A stretch of 64,000 bases of DNA from an uncultured Melioribacter sp. (GCA_964393485.1 CAYMTW010000005.1:27-64026), one strand, 5' to 3'. Shown: positions 9,303 to 19,304, numbered from the stretch's first letter. The notes: generated by a model not told the origin, from the letters alone. Translations and numbers: made by a program.

Positions 9303-10565
9303 GTGGCAGGAGTTTTCACGACGCTGTACCAGGGCATTGCTGTGCCCGCTCTGCGCCTGTGCCTCGGAATCGTTGCCCCATTCAATGCGAAGGTCCGGCG
9401 CAGACTCGCCCAGGAAGCAACTCTGTGGAAGAGCGCCTCGTGGCGACTTACAACAGATCAGCGACGTAGAGTGTGGTTTCATGCTGCTTCGATGGGCGAA
9501 CTCGAGCAACTGCTACCGATCATAGAACGTCTCCGAGTGCTGCGCTCCGATCTGTGTATCGTCACGACGTGCACATCACCGTCAGGACGCGACCATGCAG
9601 CAGCGCAGGCGTGCATCGATCATGCGCTGTATCTGCCCCTTGATCGTCAAAGGACCATACGTGCATTCATCACTGCTATTGACCCACTGATGGTGATTAT
9701 CGACCGCTATGACCTCTGGCCGGCCATGATCAGTGAACTGCATCACAGGGCTGTACCTATCCATGTGATCAATGCCACGATGCCGAGTTCGGCCCGCTGG
9801 CCATTCATGCGCAGCTTCACCCGGCGCGTGTATGCAATGGTGAGCTGTCTGACGGCCGTAAGTGAGACTGATGCAGACCAGTTAGGAGACCTGCTGAATC
9901 GCTCCGTGAACTGGCTACCGGACACGCGCATGGATCGTGTCATGGAACGTGTTCAACGGGCTGCCGGGAGCGCTCCTGTCCTACCGGCATGGTCGGGCAA
10001 GACGCTTGTGCTGGGCAGCACATGGCCCGATGATGAGACTATGATGCTCAGCGCCTTCGCCTCTTTCCCCCGTTCGGGATGGCGTCTGGTGATCGTCCCG
10101 CATGAACCGTCAGAAGGGGCCTTGCGGTCGATCGAACAGCGCATTTCCTGCGTGCGGTTGTCGAGTATCGCTGATGGCCATTCTGCACATACTCCTCATG
10201 TTTTGGTTGACAGCGTTGGGCGTCTTCTCGAGCTATACTCATCAGCCACCGCCGCATATGTTGGTGGCGGCTTTGGTGCCGGGGTGCATTCTTTGGCTGA
10301 ACCTGCGGGGTTTGGACTTCCGCTCGCCTGCGGCCCCGGCATCGAGCGCTCACGTGAGGCTGCGGCCCTGATAGCCTCAGATGCGTTGAGTGTGCTACAC
10401 ATTGTTGATCAGGCCCGGGCCTGGTTACACACAATCGACGATCCCGCATTCTGCGCAGCCGCCGAGCGCTCCACCAGGGACTACGTTAGCAGCAACACTG
10501 GATCAGCCGAGGCCTACCTTACAGTGATCCTGAAGGAATTACCGGCGGCTGATTCTAGCGAGTGA
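9303..10565 (+). CDS. waaA: 3-deoxy-D-manno-octulosonic acid (Kdo) transferase
   Basis: WFHAASMGELEQLLPII motif and GT30-like layout. The track start 9213 overlaps the upstream crotonase by 76 nt. The in-frame GTG at 9303 sits just after the upstream stop and is the likelier start. Confidence 0.75.
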   Translation: MAGVFTTLYQGIAVPALRLCLGIVAPFNAKVRRRLAQEATLWKSASWRLTTDQRRRVWFHAASMGELEQLLPIIERLRVLRSDLCIVTTCTSPSGRDHAAAQACIDHALYLPLDRQRTIRAFITAIDPLMVIIDRYDLWPAMISELHHRAVPIHVINATMPSSARWPFMRSFTRRVYAMVSCLTAVSETDADQLGDLLNRSVNWLPDTRMDRVMERVQRAAGSAPVLPAWSGKTLVLGSTWPDDETMMLSAFASFPRSGWRLVIVPHEPSEGALRSIEQRISCVRLSSIADGHSAHTPHVLVDSVGRLLELYSSATAAYVGGGFGAGVHSLAEPAGFGLPLACGPGIERSREAAALIASDALSVLHIVDQARAWLHTIDDPAFCAAAERSTRDYVSSNTGSAEAYLTVILKELPAADSSE

Positions 10566-12078
10566 TGCCCACTGTTACCGTTCCGGAACGTCCATCTCTG
10601 ACGGTACGAACGAGGTACAGACCCTGTGGCCAAACTGACGTGTCCACGACCTGCTCGCCCCCTATGGAAACTGCGTGATAGATCTCTCGCCCTGAGAGAT
10701 CAAACACGCTGATGGCTGACGACCGGTCGGCATTGATAATCGTTAACCGATCGTTCGACCAGGAAGTCCGTGGTGATGTTGCACCAGCGTCCTCGTTCAC
10801 TGATGAAGGGGCTTTAGGCGGCGTAAACTTCAGGATACACTGTTTGCCTTCATCGATTGAAACATAGACACATCCATCGGCGCTGAGTGCAAGTCCAACC
10901 GGACGTGCCCAACGCGTAGTCTGATTATTGGTATCACGAATGAACCCACTACAGAACTCTTCCACACTGTTAGCGATTGTATCCAGATCGGAATCGAATC
11001 GCATGAAGACAACCTTTGCTCCACTTGGAGGGGTGCGATTCCAGGAGCCACGCATGACCATAAACAAGCCGTTATCATATCCATTTCCAAAACCGGCAGG
11101 TGAAAACTCCAGGGCCATTGGTGCACAGTGGGCATCAACCAAAGCGGCGGGTGGCACCATGGAGCCGACCATTGCCGAGTCTGTAGCCGTAATTGGCAAG
11201 AGGTCAGAGTAATCTCCACCAAACGAGAAAAACCGCTGGTGATGATAGGCGAAGGGGTATCCGTAGAATCCCCCATCTCGCACGATATCAACCCATTCAG
11301 GTGGCACGTTGTTACCCTGGTTGTCGCTGCCATTGTTGTTTGCCCATAGCTTCCCAGTGCGCGGATGAAGGGTCATGCCAACACTATTGCGCGCACCAGA
11401 GGCAAACACACGTCTCGCACCACCATCGTAGTCATACTCCTCGATAAGAGCCCGGTCTGCCTCCCGATCGGCATTCCCGCGTGATCCGACGCTGAGATAG
11501 ATCTTCTTTCGGAGGGTATCCAGTACAACCGTACGTGTACGATGATTACCGCCAAGCTGGTTTGGCTGAACCGACTTGTCGATCACCGTAGCACGTTTGT
11601 CGAAGATCATGCTCGAAGGATCACTGCGCCAAAGGCGTACAACCGACCCCTCTTGGGCAACGTACATCGTGTCTCGAACGAAGCGTACATCGTGACCGCC
11701 AGAAAAGCCCCTTGCAGCAATGATCGTCGTGTCAGCCACGCCGTCGCGATTCTTATCCGGAAGGGCTAACACGTTGTTACCGTTCATGTTGGCAAGAAAG
11801 AGGACTGAATCTGGCCCCCAAGCCATGAAACGCCCCTTATTCATTCCAGTTGCAGCAAACACATTCACTGTCCATCCCTTAGGAACCGACACGGCATTTT
11901 GAACGGGATCCAGCGCTAGGGATGAGAATTGCGAAGGCACTTGAATATTCTTGCGTTCCGCTTCAACCGCCACCTTTGGCGTCCATGGAATCGTGCCCGG
12001 ACCTTGTGCGTAGATCACTGAAACAGCAGCGTGCAAGACGACTGCGACAACAAATAGAGATTTAGCTGGCAACATCAT
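10555..12078 (-). CDS. PQQ-dependent sugar (sorbosone/aldose) dehydrogenase-like beta-propeller with T9SS C-terminal domain
   Basis: GGNHRTR, GSDNQGNNVPPEW and GGFYGYPFAY motifs of the soluble glucose/sorbosone dehydrogenase fold. Signal peptide from MMLPAKSLFVVAVVLHAAVSVIYAQ (start 12078/12075; track start is 12117). The C-terminus GLYLVRTVRDGRSGTVTVGITR is a Por sorting tail. Confidence 0.7.
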   Translation of the reverse strand: MMLPAKSLFVVAVVLHAAVSVIYAQGPGTIPWTPKVAVEAERKNIQVPSQFSSLALDPVQNAVSVPKGWTVNVFAATGMNKGRFMAWGPDSVLFLANMNGNNVLALPDKNRDGVADTTIIAARGFSGGHDVRFVRDTMYVAQEGSVVRLWRSDPSSMIFDKRATVIDKSVQPNQLGGNHRTRTVVLDTLRKKIYLSVGSRGNADREADRALIEEYDYDGGARRVFASGARNSVGMTLHPRTGKLWANNNGSDNQGNNVPPEWVDIVRDGGFYGYPFAYHHQRFFSFGGDYSDLLPITATDSAMVGSMVPPAALVDAHCAPMALEFSPAGFGNGYDNGLFMVMRGSWNRTPPSGAKVVFMRFDSDLDTIANSVEEFCSGFIRDTNNQTTRWARPVGLALSADGCVYVSIDEGKQCILKFTPPKAPSSVNEDAGATSPRTSWSNDRLTIINADRSSAISVFDLSGREIYHAVSIGGEQVVDTSVWPQGLYLVRTVRDGRSGTVTVGITR

Positions 12079-12124
12079 ATCGCAAACATCTTCTAGTTTC
12101 TGATTGGATCCAAACATAGGCCAT

Positions 12125-12162
12125 GAAACAAAACACCCCCTTCCGGTTCCACCGGAAGGGGG
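12125..12162 (-). terminator. Rho-independent terminator after the 1501-aa gene
   Basis: Perfect 11-bp stem cccccttccgg / ccggaaggggg (12136-12162), 5-nt loop, followed on the - strand by tgttttgtttc. Confidence 0.75.
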
Positions 12163-12184
12163 CGTTTGTAGAAATCAGATTGAC

Positions 12185-15100
12185 TTACTTGACAATCGTG
12201 AGCGTCTGAGGTTCGCTCGTGAATGGACCGGACACGACATGATAGTAGTACGTTCCGGCTGGGATCGTGCTTGCATCAAGTGTGAGGTCATACTCGCCAA
12301 CTTCAAGCTTCTGATCAACAAGAGTCAATACCTTTTCACCCATCGAGTTGAACAATTCGATGCGCGTTGGGGCGGCAATACCGACACCAAAGCTGATGAC
12401 ACCCGTGTTCACAACTGGGTTTGGACGAACTGGCTTGACAGCATACTTGGTGGTGCTGAACGTGGCCAGACGACGGATGTTGGCACATGGGAGTGTGACC
12501 GTGATCTTACCTGGCTTATCGAGGAACAGCACATAGTCTTCACGATTGTTTGATGCATCGTGATCGACCCAGTATGAGTAAACCGTCACTGGCGTTGAGA
12601 AAGTACCCTGCAGCGACTGGTTGAAGAACACGTCAAACTTCACCTTGAACATAGGAAGCTTGCTGTTGCTGCTGAGTGCCTTCTTGGTGGCTCGCTGATC
12701 AACGAGGTCGATCTCAATCTGGTTGAGAGCATCACCAGGCTTGCCGGTCACCGACGACTTCAATACTGTCCAGCCTTCCATCTGCGTACCAGCAAGGATG
12801 ATATCCTTGATATCCGAACGTGGCTTGACAATACGTGGATCGTAGTTCAGACGAACACGGAGCTCAGTCATGTTTGAGGCATCAACTGCTTGAGGAGTAC
12901 CGCTAAGTTCAACAGCAACATCAACGTTTCCTCCTGGTGCAGCCGAGTACGCATCACCAACAAAGTTGGTTGTTTCGAGATACTTACCGTTGCCTGACAG
13001 TTGAGCTACCTTGTCCTTACCTGTGAGCTCTTCCGTGATCTTAAGAGTGGCAGTGTGAACTTCGTTACGACGGATCAGACCTTGTGTCTTCGCCTTCGTG
13101 GACTCGATGTTTGCCTGACCGTTTTCCATAAGGGTCACGTAGCTCGGAACGAAACGAACTTCGATCTCACCAGTTTCGCCAGGGCCGATGTCCAGATAAT
13201 TGGCACCGGTTGACTTGTGTGGCATGACGATGAAGCTGGATGCATCTGGGCCTTCAGCAAAATCAGCATAGGTGAAGCGGCGTGACACCAGTTCACTGTG
13301 TGTGACCTTGACCTTCAGGATCTTCTCGTTAAAGACATACTGGTCGCCGGCGTCGCCCGTGACTGTAAAGTCACCACCCTGAACGCGTGCGGTCAACGTA
13401 TACGTTGGCTCGTACGGTGCCTGACCATTTGTACCAACGTTTGTTTCGATGACATATGGTGAGGAGAACGTACCTGAGAACTGTGGATCGAAGCGAACTT
13501 GCAGCTGCATTGGTGCTTCGCCTGGCTTGATGCGCCATGGGTTCTGTGGCGTTGGGGCATTCAGTAGTTCAAATCGCGTATTCGGGTCTGTAATGCGGAT
13601 TCCCGTAATCACGACATCATACGTACCGGAAACGTTGCCAGTTGTTGGATTAGAGAGATCATCCTTACTGGTGTTCGAGATTGGGATCGTCAGGGTTTGG
13701 GCTGCTTCACCAAGATTCAGCGTACCAGGGAAGTCAAGATTTTCACCCTTCACGTGCGGCTGCCATGCCGTACCGCTCAGTGTGGCTGCTACTTCTGGTT
13801 GATCCTTGGAATCCGTCGGGAACACGATTTCCGCTTCGTAGTCCTTGCGCTCTGCACCACGGTTTGCGAGTTCGTTCGGAATGAATGCTACCGTCACCGT
13901 GCGACTTTGGTCTGCGCCACCACCAACCAGCTGGATTGGGAAGGAACCTGCCGTGCCGTTGTCCACGATACGGAATGCATCCTTGTCCTTGCCACGAAGA
14001 GATGGTGCTGAGAACGTTGACGGCTGATTGCCGAAGTTGAAGAACGTGATCGTCTTGCGGTATTCAGAAATGCTCTGTTGCTTCTGAACGTTGTCAATCA
14101 CACGCTCATTCCAATCTTCCTTATTGACAAGAAGTTCAGCCTTTACACCGCTACCCTCAAGGATAGCGATTGAGTCCACTTCTGTCGCATTCGAGAAGAA
14201 CGGCACCGACACGGTATGGGGCACATTAGCCTCACCCTTCGGCGAGTACGTCACGTAGAACTCGTACTTGCCGTTGCCAGGGATAGCCATCGGGAATGCC
14301 GATGCAAGTGGCTTTCCATCAAGTGTACGGGCGTTGAAGAAACGACCCGAACCGTCAAGAAGTGACTCCTGATAACCGCTGAGGAGAAGATCCACACGGC
14401 TGCCGTTCTGGATCGTAACCTTTCGTTCGACACCAGGCGAGCTGGCAGGGATCTGACCCCAGTTGACGTCAGAAACATAGATCTGTGGTTGTTCTCCACG
14501 CACACGCAGTTCTGCGGTCTTGACCGTGTAACAGTCCAGCTCCACGAGCACTGTGTCAACGACTTCTGGAGCTGACTGAATCGTGGCTGTCACCTTGATA
14601 TCCTTCGACTCGCTAGGACCCAGGGTGAAACCACCATTTGGAGTACAGACAAAAATCGTGTTGTACGCACGTACTGTGACCTTCTTCACATTGACCGGAC
14701 GATCCGTGCTTTCGTTCTTCACGGTCAGAGTTGCAGACTCAGGTGTGTTGAAGGCGATCGTACCAAAGTTGATACGAGCTGGCGTCCAAGAGATCTTATC
14801 GGCTGTGTAGGTGTAGGTCTTCTCGACAAACTTGCCCGAACGTGTCACGACCCGGATAACGGCCATGGCATCCTTCGTCTTGTCATCAACTTTGAGCTTG
14901 AACTTTGCCGTCTTATCACCGGTATTGAATTCCGGGTCGACTTCCAGCGTATAGTTTGCAAGCTGCTCAGGATACACAGCAAAGATTGAGCCGCACGAGA
15001 TGTTTTCAGGCATGATCTTGCCTTCAGCATCGATGTCGCCGCAGACAATTTCTTCCTTAACCATGACCGAGTCATCGCAAGGGATTGTCATGTCGATAGA

Positions 15101-16690
15101 GATTGGTGTTCCGTAGGCACGACCCTGTGTCAGACCATCGAGTGAACCATAGGTCCATGCTGACCAACGGACCTTCGGATCAACTGATTCGATAACGTGA
15201 TCACCAGGACCCACTGGTACTGCCAGACATGCGTATGGCGTTCCCTTGAGATAGCGCATAGCGCCACCAAAGGCTGAATTCAGAGCCTTATTGTCAAACT
15301 TGATCTTCGTGATTTCATCAGCCTTGAAGACGATGTTCATGAAGTTGTCCATACCCTCAGGTGCACTGAAGACACCATACTCGACGTACCGGTCGGACGA
15401 TGGGATGTACTGAAGCATCGGCATGCCCGACTCAACACTTGGGTGTCCGAGGGCTGATTCTTCTCCCTTTGACGAGCCGCGCACGGCTACTCCGCGGTCC
15501 TTTGCGTACGACTTGCCGTATTGACCCATCAGGATCGGCTTGTCCGATTCCCAATATGTCGGTACTTCCAGCGACGGCATGATGCGAGTCTCACCCTTGC
15601 GCAGAACCCACTCGTTCTTGAACGATGAACCGTCCTGACGCATCGTCTTGACAGTCGTACCATCTTCGAGTGCAATTACGCGAATCACATCACCGCGGTC
15701 ATCTTCAACACCGAACTCGGCAGATGCCTTGCCTGTGATGCGAGTAGACGTGTAGCGACATGGCACAGTCACGAACTTGGTTCCAGCCATCTCGATCGGG
15801 AGCATAGCGTCGTGCACGTTATTGCGCACGAAGTGAGCAGGAGACGAGCCACCGAGACCCACGAGGATGTCAGGGTAGCGAAGGATTCCAACCTTTGTAT
15901 GACCAGAAACAACACCAACTGGCTTGCTGGACTTGATCATCGTTCCGGAAAGGTCAGATTCCCATTCCTTGTTCTTCAGTTCATCGATCTTGGCCTTGAT
16001 CAGGAAGCATTCGCCCTTCTCAAGTGTGATCGTCTGCGAAGCACCCATCTTGACTGGCGACGTTTCCATACCACCTTCAGTGCCGAAGGTCGGCGTGTAG
16101 GTGATAACCGTGTTGTCCTTGTCAGCGATTACGAGGATCTGACTCGGGCGGTAATTGTAGCCCTCTGATGGTGTGCCGTAGCGATCCTGGTAGAAATTCA
16201 TGGTGTAATAATTCTTACCCCATCCTTCGACCGGAAGGTGACGTGCCATTTCTCCGTTACCATTCCACTGCTGGAATGTGGAAACAGAGATCGGCGTCTT
16301 GGCATCCACGACAATACCGAAACCAGTCTTCGTCTCTGACTGGGTGTTCATGTAGGCCACCGAAATCGGAACCTTCAACACCTTGTTGGCTTCGACCGTG
16401 AACTCCTTGTCCATGCGAGGAGCTTCGTTGATCGTTGCCGGCGTCATGACGCGAACCTTGGTCTTGGTGCGCGATGAAATCAAAAGCATCATCGGCTGTG
16501 CCATAGGCTTTTCCGATGGGCTGGCCCACACTTGCGGGAACGCAACCATGTAGCGACGGCCTTCAGAGAGCACCATCGAACCACGCTTTTCGGACGACTT
16601 GGTGTCAGCGGCCGTCGCGCTGCCAATGCAAGTCAAGGTAAGCAGCAGTAGTGCCACGATGCGCATTGTGAATGTGGATGCAAGTCTCAT
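12185..16690 (-). CDS. Giant secreted protein A (1501 aa): IgGFc-binding-like N-terminal domain, tandem Ig-like (ASH / choice-of-anchor-D type) repeats, T9SS C-terminal domain
   Basis: GGAGG Shine-Dalgarno 6 nt upstream of ATG 16690, and signal peptide MRIVALLLLTLTCIGSATA. The N-terminal ~450 aa are collinear with the N-terminus of the 20129..24136 protein. Repeated ~100-aa beta-sandwich units (e.g. FGTIAFNTPESATLTVKNES). The tail is PAGTYYYHVVSGPFTSEPQTLTIVK. Confidence 0.8.
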   Translation of the reverse strand: MRLASTFTMRIVALLLLTLTCIGSATAADTKSSEKRGSMVLSEGRRYMVAFPQVWASPSEKPMAQPMMLLISSRTKTKVRVMTPATINEAPRMDKEFTVEANKVLKVPISVAYMNTQSETKTGFGIVVDAKTPISVSTFQQWNGNGEMARHLPVEGWGKNYYTMNFYQDRYGTPSEGYNYRPSQILVIADKDNTVITYTPTFGTEGGMETSPVKMGASQTITLEKGECFLIKAKIDELKNKEWESDLSGTMIKSSKPVGVVSGHTKVGILRYPDILVGLGGSSPAHFVRNNVHDAMLPIEMAGTKFVTVPCRYTSTRITGKASAEFGVEDDRGDVIRVIALEDGTTVKTMRQDGSSFKNEWVLRKGETRIMPSLEVPTYWESDKPILMGQYGKSYAKDRGVAVRGSSKGEESALGHPSVESGMPMLQYIPSSDRYVEYGVFSAPEGMDNFMNIVFKADEITKIKFDNKALNSAFGGAMRYLKGTPYACLAVPVGPGDHVIESVDPKVRWSAWTYGSLDGLTQGRAYGTPISIDMTIPCDDSVMVKEEIVCGDIDAEGKIMPENISCGSIFAVYPEQLANYTLEVDPEFNTGDKTAKFKLKVDDKTKDAMAVIRVVTRSGKFVEKTYTYTADKISWTPARINFGTIAFNTPESATLTVKNESTDRPVNVKKVTVRAYNTIFVCTPNGGFTLGPSESKDIKVTATIQSAPEVVDTVLVELDCYTVKTAELRVRGEQPQIYVSDVNWGQIPASSPGVERKVTIQNGSRVDLLLSGYQESLLDGSGRFFNARTLDGKPLASAFPMAIPGNGKYEFYVTYSPKGEANVPHTVSVPFFSNATEVDSIAILEGSGVKAELLVNKEDWNERVIDNVQKQQSISEYRKTITFFNFGNQPSTFSAPSLRGKDKDAFRIVDNGTAGSFPIQLVGGGADQSRTVTVAFIPNELANRGAERKDYEAEIVFPTDSKDQPEVAATLSGTAWQPHVKGENLDFPGTLNLGEAAQTLTIPISNTSKDDLSNPTTGNVSGTYDVVITGIRITDPNTRFELLNAPTPQNPWRIKPGEAPMQLQVRFDPQFSGTFSSPYVIETNVGTNGQAPYEPTYTLTARVQGGDFTVTGDAGDQYVFNEKILKVKVTHSELVSRRFTYADFAEGPDASSFIVMPHKSTGANYLDIGPGETGEIEVRFVPSYVTLMENGQANIESTKAKTQGLIRRNEVHTATLKITEELTGKDKVAQLSGNGKYLETTNFVGDAYSAAPGGNVDVAVELSGTPQAVDASNMTELRVRLNYDPRIVKPRSDIKDIILAGTQMEGWTVLKSSVTGKPGDALNQIEIDLVDQRATKKALSSNSKLPMFKVKFDVFFNQSLQGTFSTPVTVYSYWVDHDASNNREDYVLFLDKPGKITVTLPCANIRRLATFSTTKYAVKPVRPNPVVNTGVISFGVGIAAPTRIELFNSMGEKVLTLVDQKLEVGEYDLTLDASTIPAGTYYYHVVSGPFTSEPQTLTIVK

Positions 16691-16904
16691 GGACTTCCTC
16701 CTGGGGTGATAAAAAGAGAGAGCGAATTATCAGGTGTTGGAGCCGAAGGATTGCCTCGACCTCTTAAAATAACCGAAATCCTGGTATGCACAAGATTGTT
16801 TCGGTGATTTTTAGAGGACTTTTTGCGTTCGACGCACTCATCCGTTCGTGACATAAACACCAGAACGTGCGTTCGGTTACATGCCTGTGACGTAAAAATG
16901 GCTG

Positions 16905-17849
16905 TTAGAGCCGTAGTTTTCGGATGAACTTATCCACGCGAACTTCAAGAGGCATGCAGAGAAGAACCAACAGCCCGCCGACAATGAGATCGATCACGTA
17001 GTGATAGCGGAGATAAATCGTTGCGAAAATCAAACTGCTGCCAATACCAAGAAACACGTATCTCAATCGGCTGCGATAACGAAATGCCAGAACAATATTG
17101 ACGATCGTGAGCATGGTATGGCCGCTCGGCATACAGTCCCGATTGACAATGCTGGCGGGATTGACAGAACCGGAAACTACTCCCCCACCAACATTGATGA
17201 CTTTTCTCAGGGTGTCTGTCAGCCAAAGGCCCGGAAGCTCTTGATCGGTGGACGCGAATTCATGCAGAGTAAAACGAGGTCCGATGGCCGGCAAAACGAA
17301 GTAGAGTGCATACGAAATGAAGAAAACGAATGCCATCATGCGCGCGAACTCGACAACTCGCTCGACATCTCCCTTGAGCCATAGCTCCAGTGCGTGCGCG
17401 ACCGGTAACAGGTAGAAGATGAAGTAGCAGATCTGGAGATACTCCGTTAGAATGGGGCTAGCGAAGCGGGAAAGCCAGACCGTGGGATCCAGGCCAAAAA
17501 TCGCCCGATCTGCAGCGATCAGCAGATGATCGTAGTCCTGCGGATGGATGACCGGCACGAATACGTGCGTCTGATCATACAACATGTAAATGACTGGGAC
17601 CACGTAAAACTGCCGAACAAAACGCACGGCAGTTGAACCAGTTAGACGACACAGGATGATTGAAGTCCCAACAAGCAACAGCACGAGAACATTCGTCCAT
17701 ACGACTGTTGCACTTCCATGAATACTCTGATGAAACAGCAGGGCCAGCAGGCTATACAGCACCAACATGAACGCTGTGTAAAGGTCCCCAGAATGCAGAT
17801 CCCGGCGGATTATTCCCCATAGCTCACGAACGGGGGTTGGCGAACTCAT
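16905..17849 (-). CDS. PAP2-superfamily integral membrane protein (inositol-phosphorylceramide-synthase-like PAP2_C type)
   Basis: Multi-TM protein with C-terminal SGHT...RYHYVIDLIVG phosphatase motifs. ATG 17849 (MSSPTPV) forms an ATGA overlap with the ksgA stop; the track start 17933 lies inside ksgA. Confidence 0.65.
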   Translation of the reverse strand: MSSPTPVRELWGIIRRDLHSGDLYTAFMLVLYSLLALLFHQSIHGSATVVWTNVLVLLLVGTSIILCRLTGSTAVRFVRQFYVVPVIYMLYDQTHVFVPVIHPQDYDHLLIAADRAIFGLDPTVWLSRFASPILTEYLQICYFIFYLLPVAHALELWLKGDVERVVEFARMMAFVFFISYALYFVLPAIGPRFTLHEFASTDQELPGLWLTDTLRKVINVGGGVVSGSVNPASIVNRDCMPSGHTMLTIVNIVLAFRYRSRLRYVFLGIGSSLIFATIYLRYHYVIDLIVGGLLVLLCMPLEVRVDKFIRKLRL

Positions 17850-18697
17850 TGGCCCTTCTCCAAAGCTGTTGGTCCGATCCCATGACGCACTGACATGGAT
17901 AGAAATATCTGCGCCAAAACGTCTGGTGAACACTCCTCTGCCCGCCGACGCGCCAGATCCATACCAGCATGAACGTGATCATCCTTCAACGGCACCCTAT
18001 GCCGGTGCGCCCAGTCAGCCAGTGCATTCGTCATTACCTTCCGACGTTGAGAAAATGCCGAGCGGATGAAGTCCATGAACTGTCCCTGCGGCAACCCCTG
18101 CGACGTCTCAGCAGACAGGTCAAAACGCACGACGGATGACGTTACCGCCGGCCGCGGAAAGAATGAACCCGGCTGAACATGAAACAACAATCGCGCAGAA
18201 CCGTAAAGCCAGCAGGCAACGGAAAGTATTCCGTAGTCCTTGGAACCCACCGATGCTACGCAGCGGCGTGCCACCTCGCGCTGCATCATGATCACGCCAC
18301 GGCTTAGCTCCTGTCGCTGCCCGAACATCCAGAACAGCAGGGGGCTCGTGATCGCATAAGGAATGTTGCCGATCACACATCGGTGCTCCCGAGCATGCAG
18401 CGGGAACACGCTCCCAAAATCGACGGTCAAGGCATCCGCCTGCACCACCTGAACACGTCCACTGGTAACCCACGGCTGCTGCTGAAGAAATGCAACGGCC
18501 CGTGGATCTACCTCAATTGCACAGATGCCGGCGGCAGGTGACTCTGCCAGATGGGTTGTCAGAGCCCCTTTACCAGGCCCGATCTCAGCAACAACATCTG
18601 CACTGGTGAGTTCTAACGCAGCAACGATGTTGCGTGCAATGCCAACATCCGTCAGAAAGTTCTGACTGAATCGACGACTGGGTGCGAACGTCGTCAT
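17846..18697 (-). CDS. rsmA: 16S rRNA (adenine1518/1519-N6)-dimethyltransferase RsmA/KsgA
   Basis: FSQNFLTD, EIGPGKGALT and GNIPYAITSPLL motifs. Confidence 0.9.
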   Translation of the reverse strand: MTTFAPSRRFSQNFLTDVGIARNIVAALELTSADVVAEIGPGKGALTTHLAESPAAGICAIEVDPRAVAFLQQQPWVTSGRVQVVQADALTVDFGSVFPLHAREHRCVIGNIPYAITSPLLFWMFGQRQELSRGVIMMQREVARRCVASVGSKDYGILSVACWLYGSARLLFHVQPGSFFPRPAVTSSVVRFDLSAETSQGLPQGQFMDFIRSAFSQRRKVMTNALADWAHRHRVPLKDDHVHAGMDLARRRAEECSPDVLAQIFLSMSVRHGIGPTALEKGQ

Positions 18698-19200
18698 GGA
18701 GTCCTGCCGTCATGGGAGCGTAGCGCACTCCGAATACGAGTCCATGCATCTTCAAGCGTCGATGAGACAACCCTGACATCACCGACCACCGTCATGAAGT
18801 TTGTATCACCATTCCACCGTGGAACAATGTGTACATGGATATGATCAGGTACACCCGCGCCAGCCGCGGACCCAAGATTGATACCGATATTAACTCCGTC
18901 TGGTTTGTACGCCTGGCGCACAGCCGTATGTGCGGTTCGAACCGATGCCATGAGACACCCATACTCCTCTGCGTCAAGATCAAGCACATCGCCAACATGA
19001 CGTTTCGAAGTGACCATGACATGACCAGCAGTATAGGGATACCTGTTCAGGAGCACTACCGAATGCATCGCAACATGAAGCACGCCTTGGTCCAGATTGG
19101 CATCCACAGCATCGGTGGCATCACAGAGAAAACAGCCTGAGCCCGCCCGCTGATGTGCGGATACATACGCGTTTCTCCAGGGAGACCAGAGTTGATCCAT
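18694..19200 (-). CDS. HIT family nucleotide hydrolase/transferase
   Basis: Histidine triad DHIHVHIVPRW; N-terminal LWSPWR typical of the Ap4A-phosphorylase-like HIT branch. Confidence 0.8.
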   Translation of the reverse strand: MDQLWSPWRNAYVSAHQRAGSGCFLCDATDAVDANLDQGVLHVAMHSVVLLNRYPYTAGHVMVTSKRHVGDVLDLDAEEYGCLMASVRTAHTAVRQAYKPDGVNIGINLGSAAGAGVPDHIHVHIVPRWNGDTNFMTVVGDVRVVSSTLEDAWTRIRSALRSHDGRTP

Positions 19201-19241
19201 GTTGATCGTGATAAAAGGGGCACAAACCGCAAATGCAAGCC

Positions 19242-19276
19242 GAAAATAGCGATGCCCGCTTGTAGGGCGGGCATCG
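19242..19276 (-). terminator. Rho-independent terminator after the beta-barrel gene
   Basis: Perfect 10-bp stem cgatgcccgc / gcgggcatcg (19250-19276), followed on the - strand by ctattttcgg. Confidence 0.65.
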
Positions 19277-19304
19277 TGAAGCTTCGCAGGAAGGGAATGG
19301 CTAC

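Noticed and set aside
12104-12553. 149-aa + strand ORF spanning the terminator and the 3' end of giant A
   Set aside because: It is antisense to the T9SS tail of giant A and crosses a strong terminator hairpin. It has no motif support.
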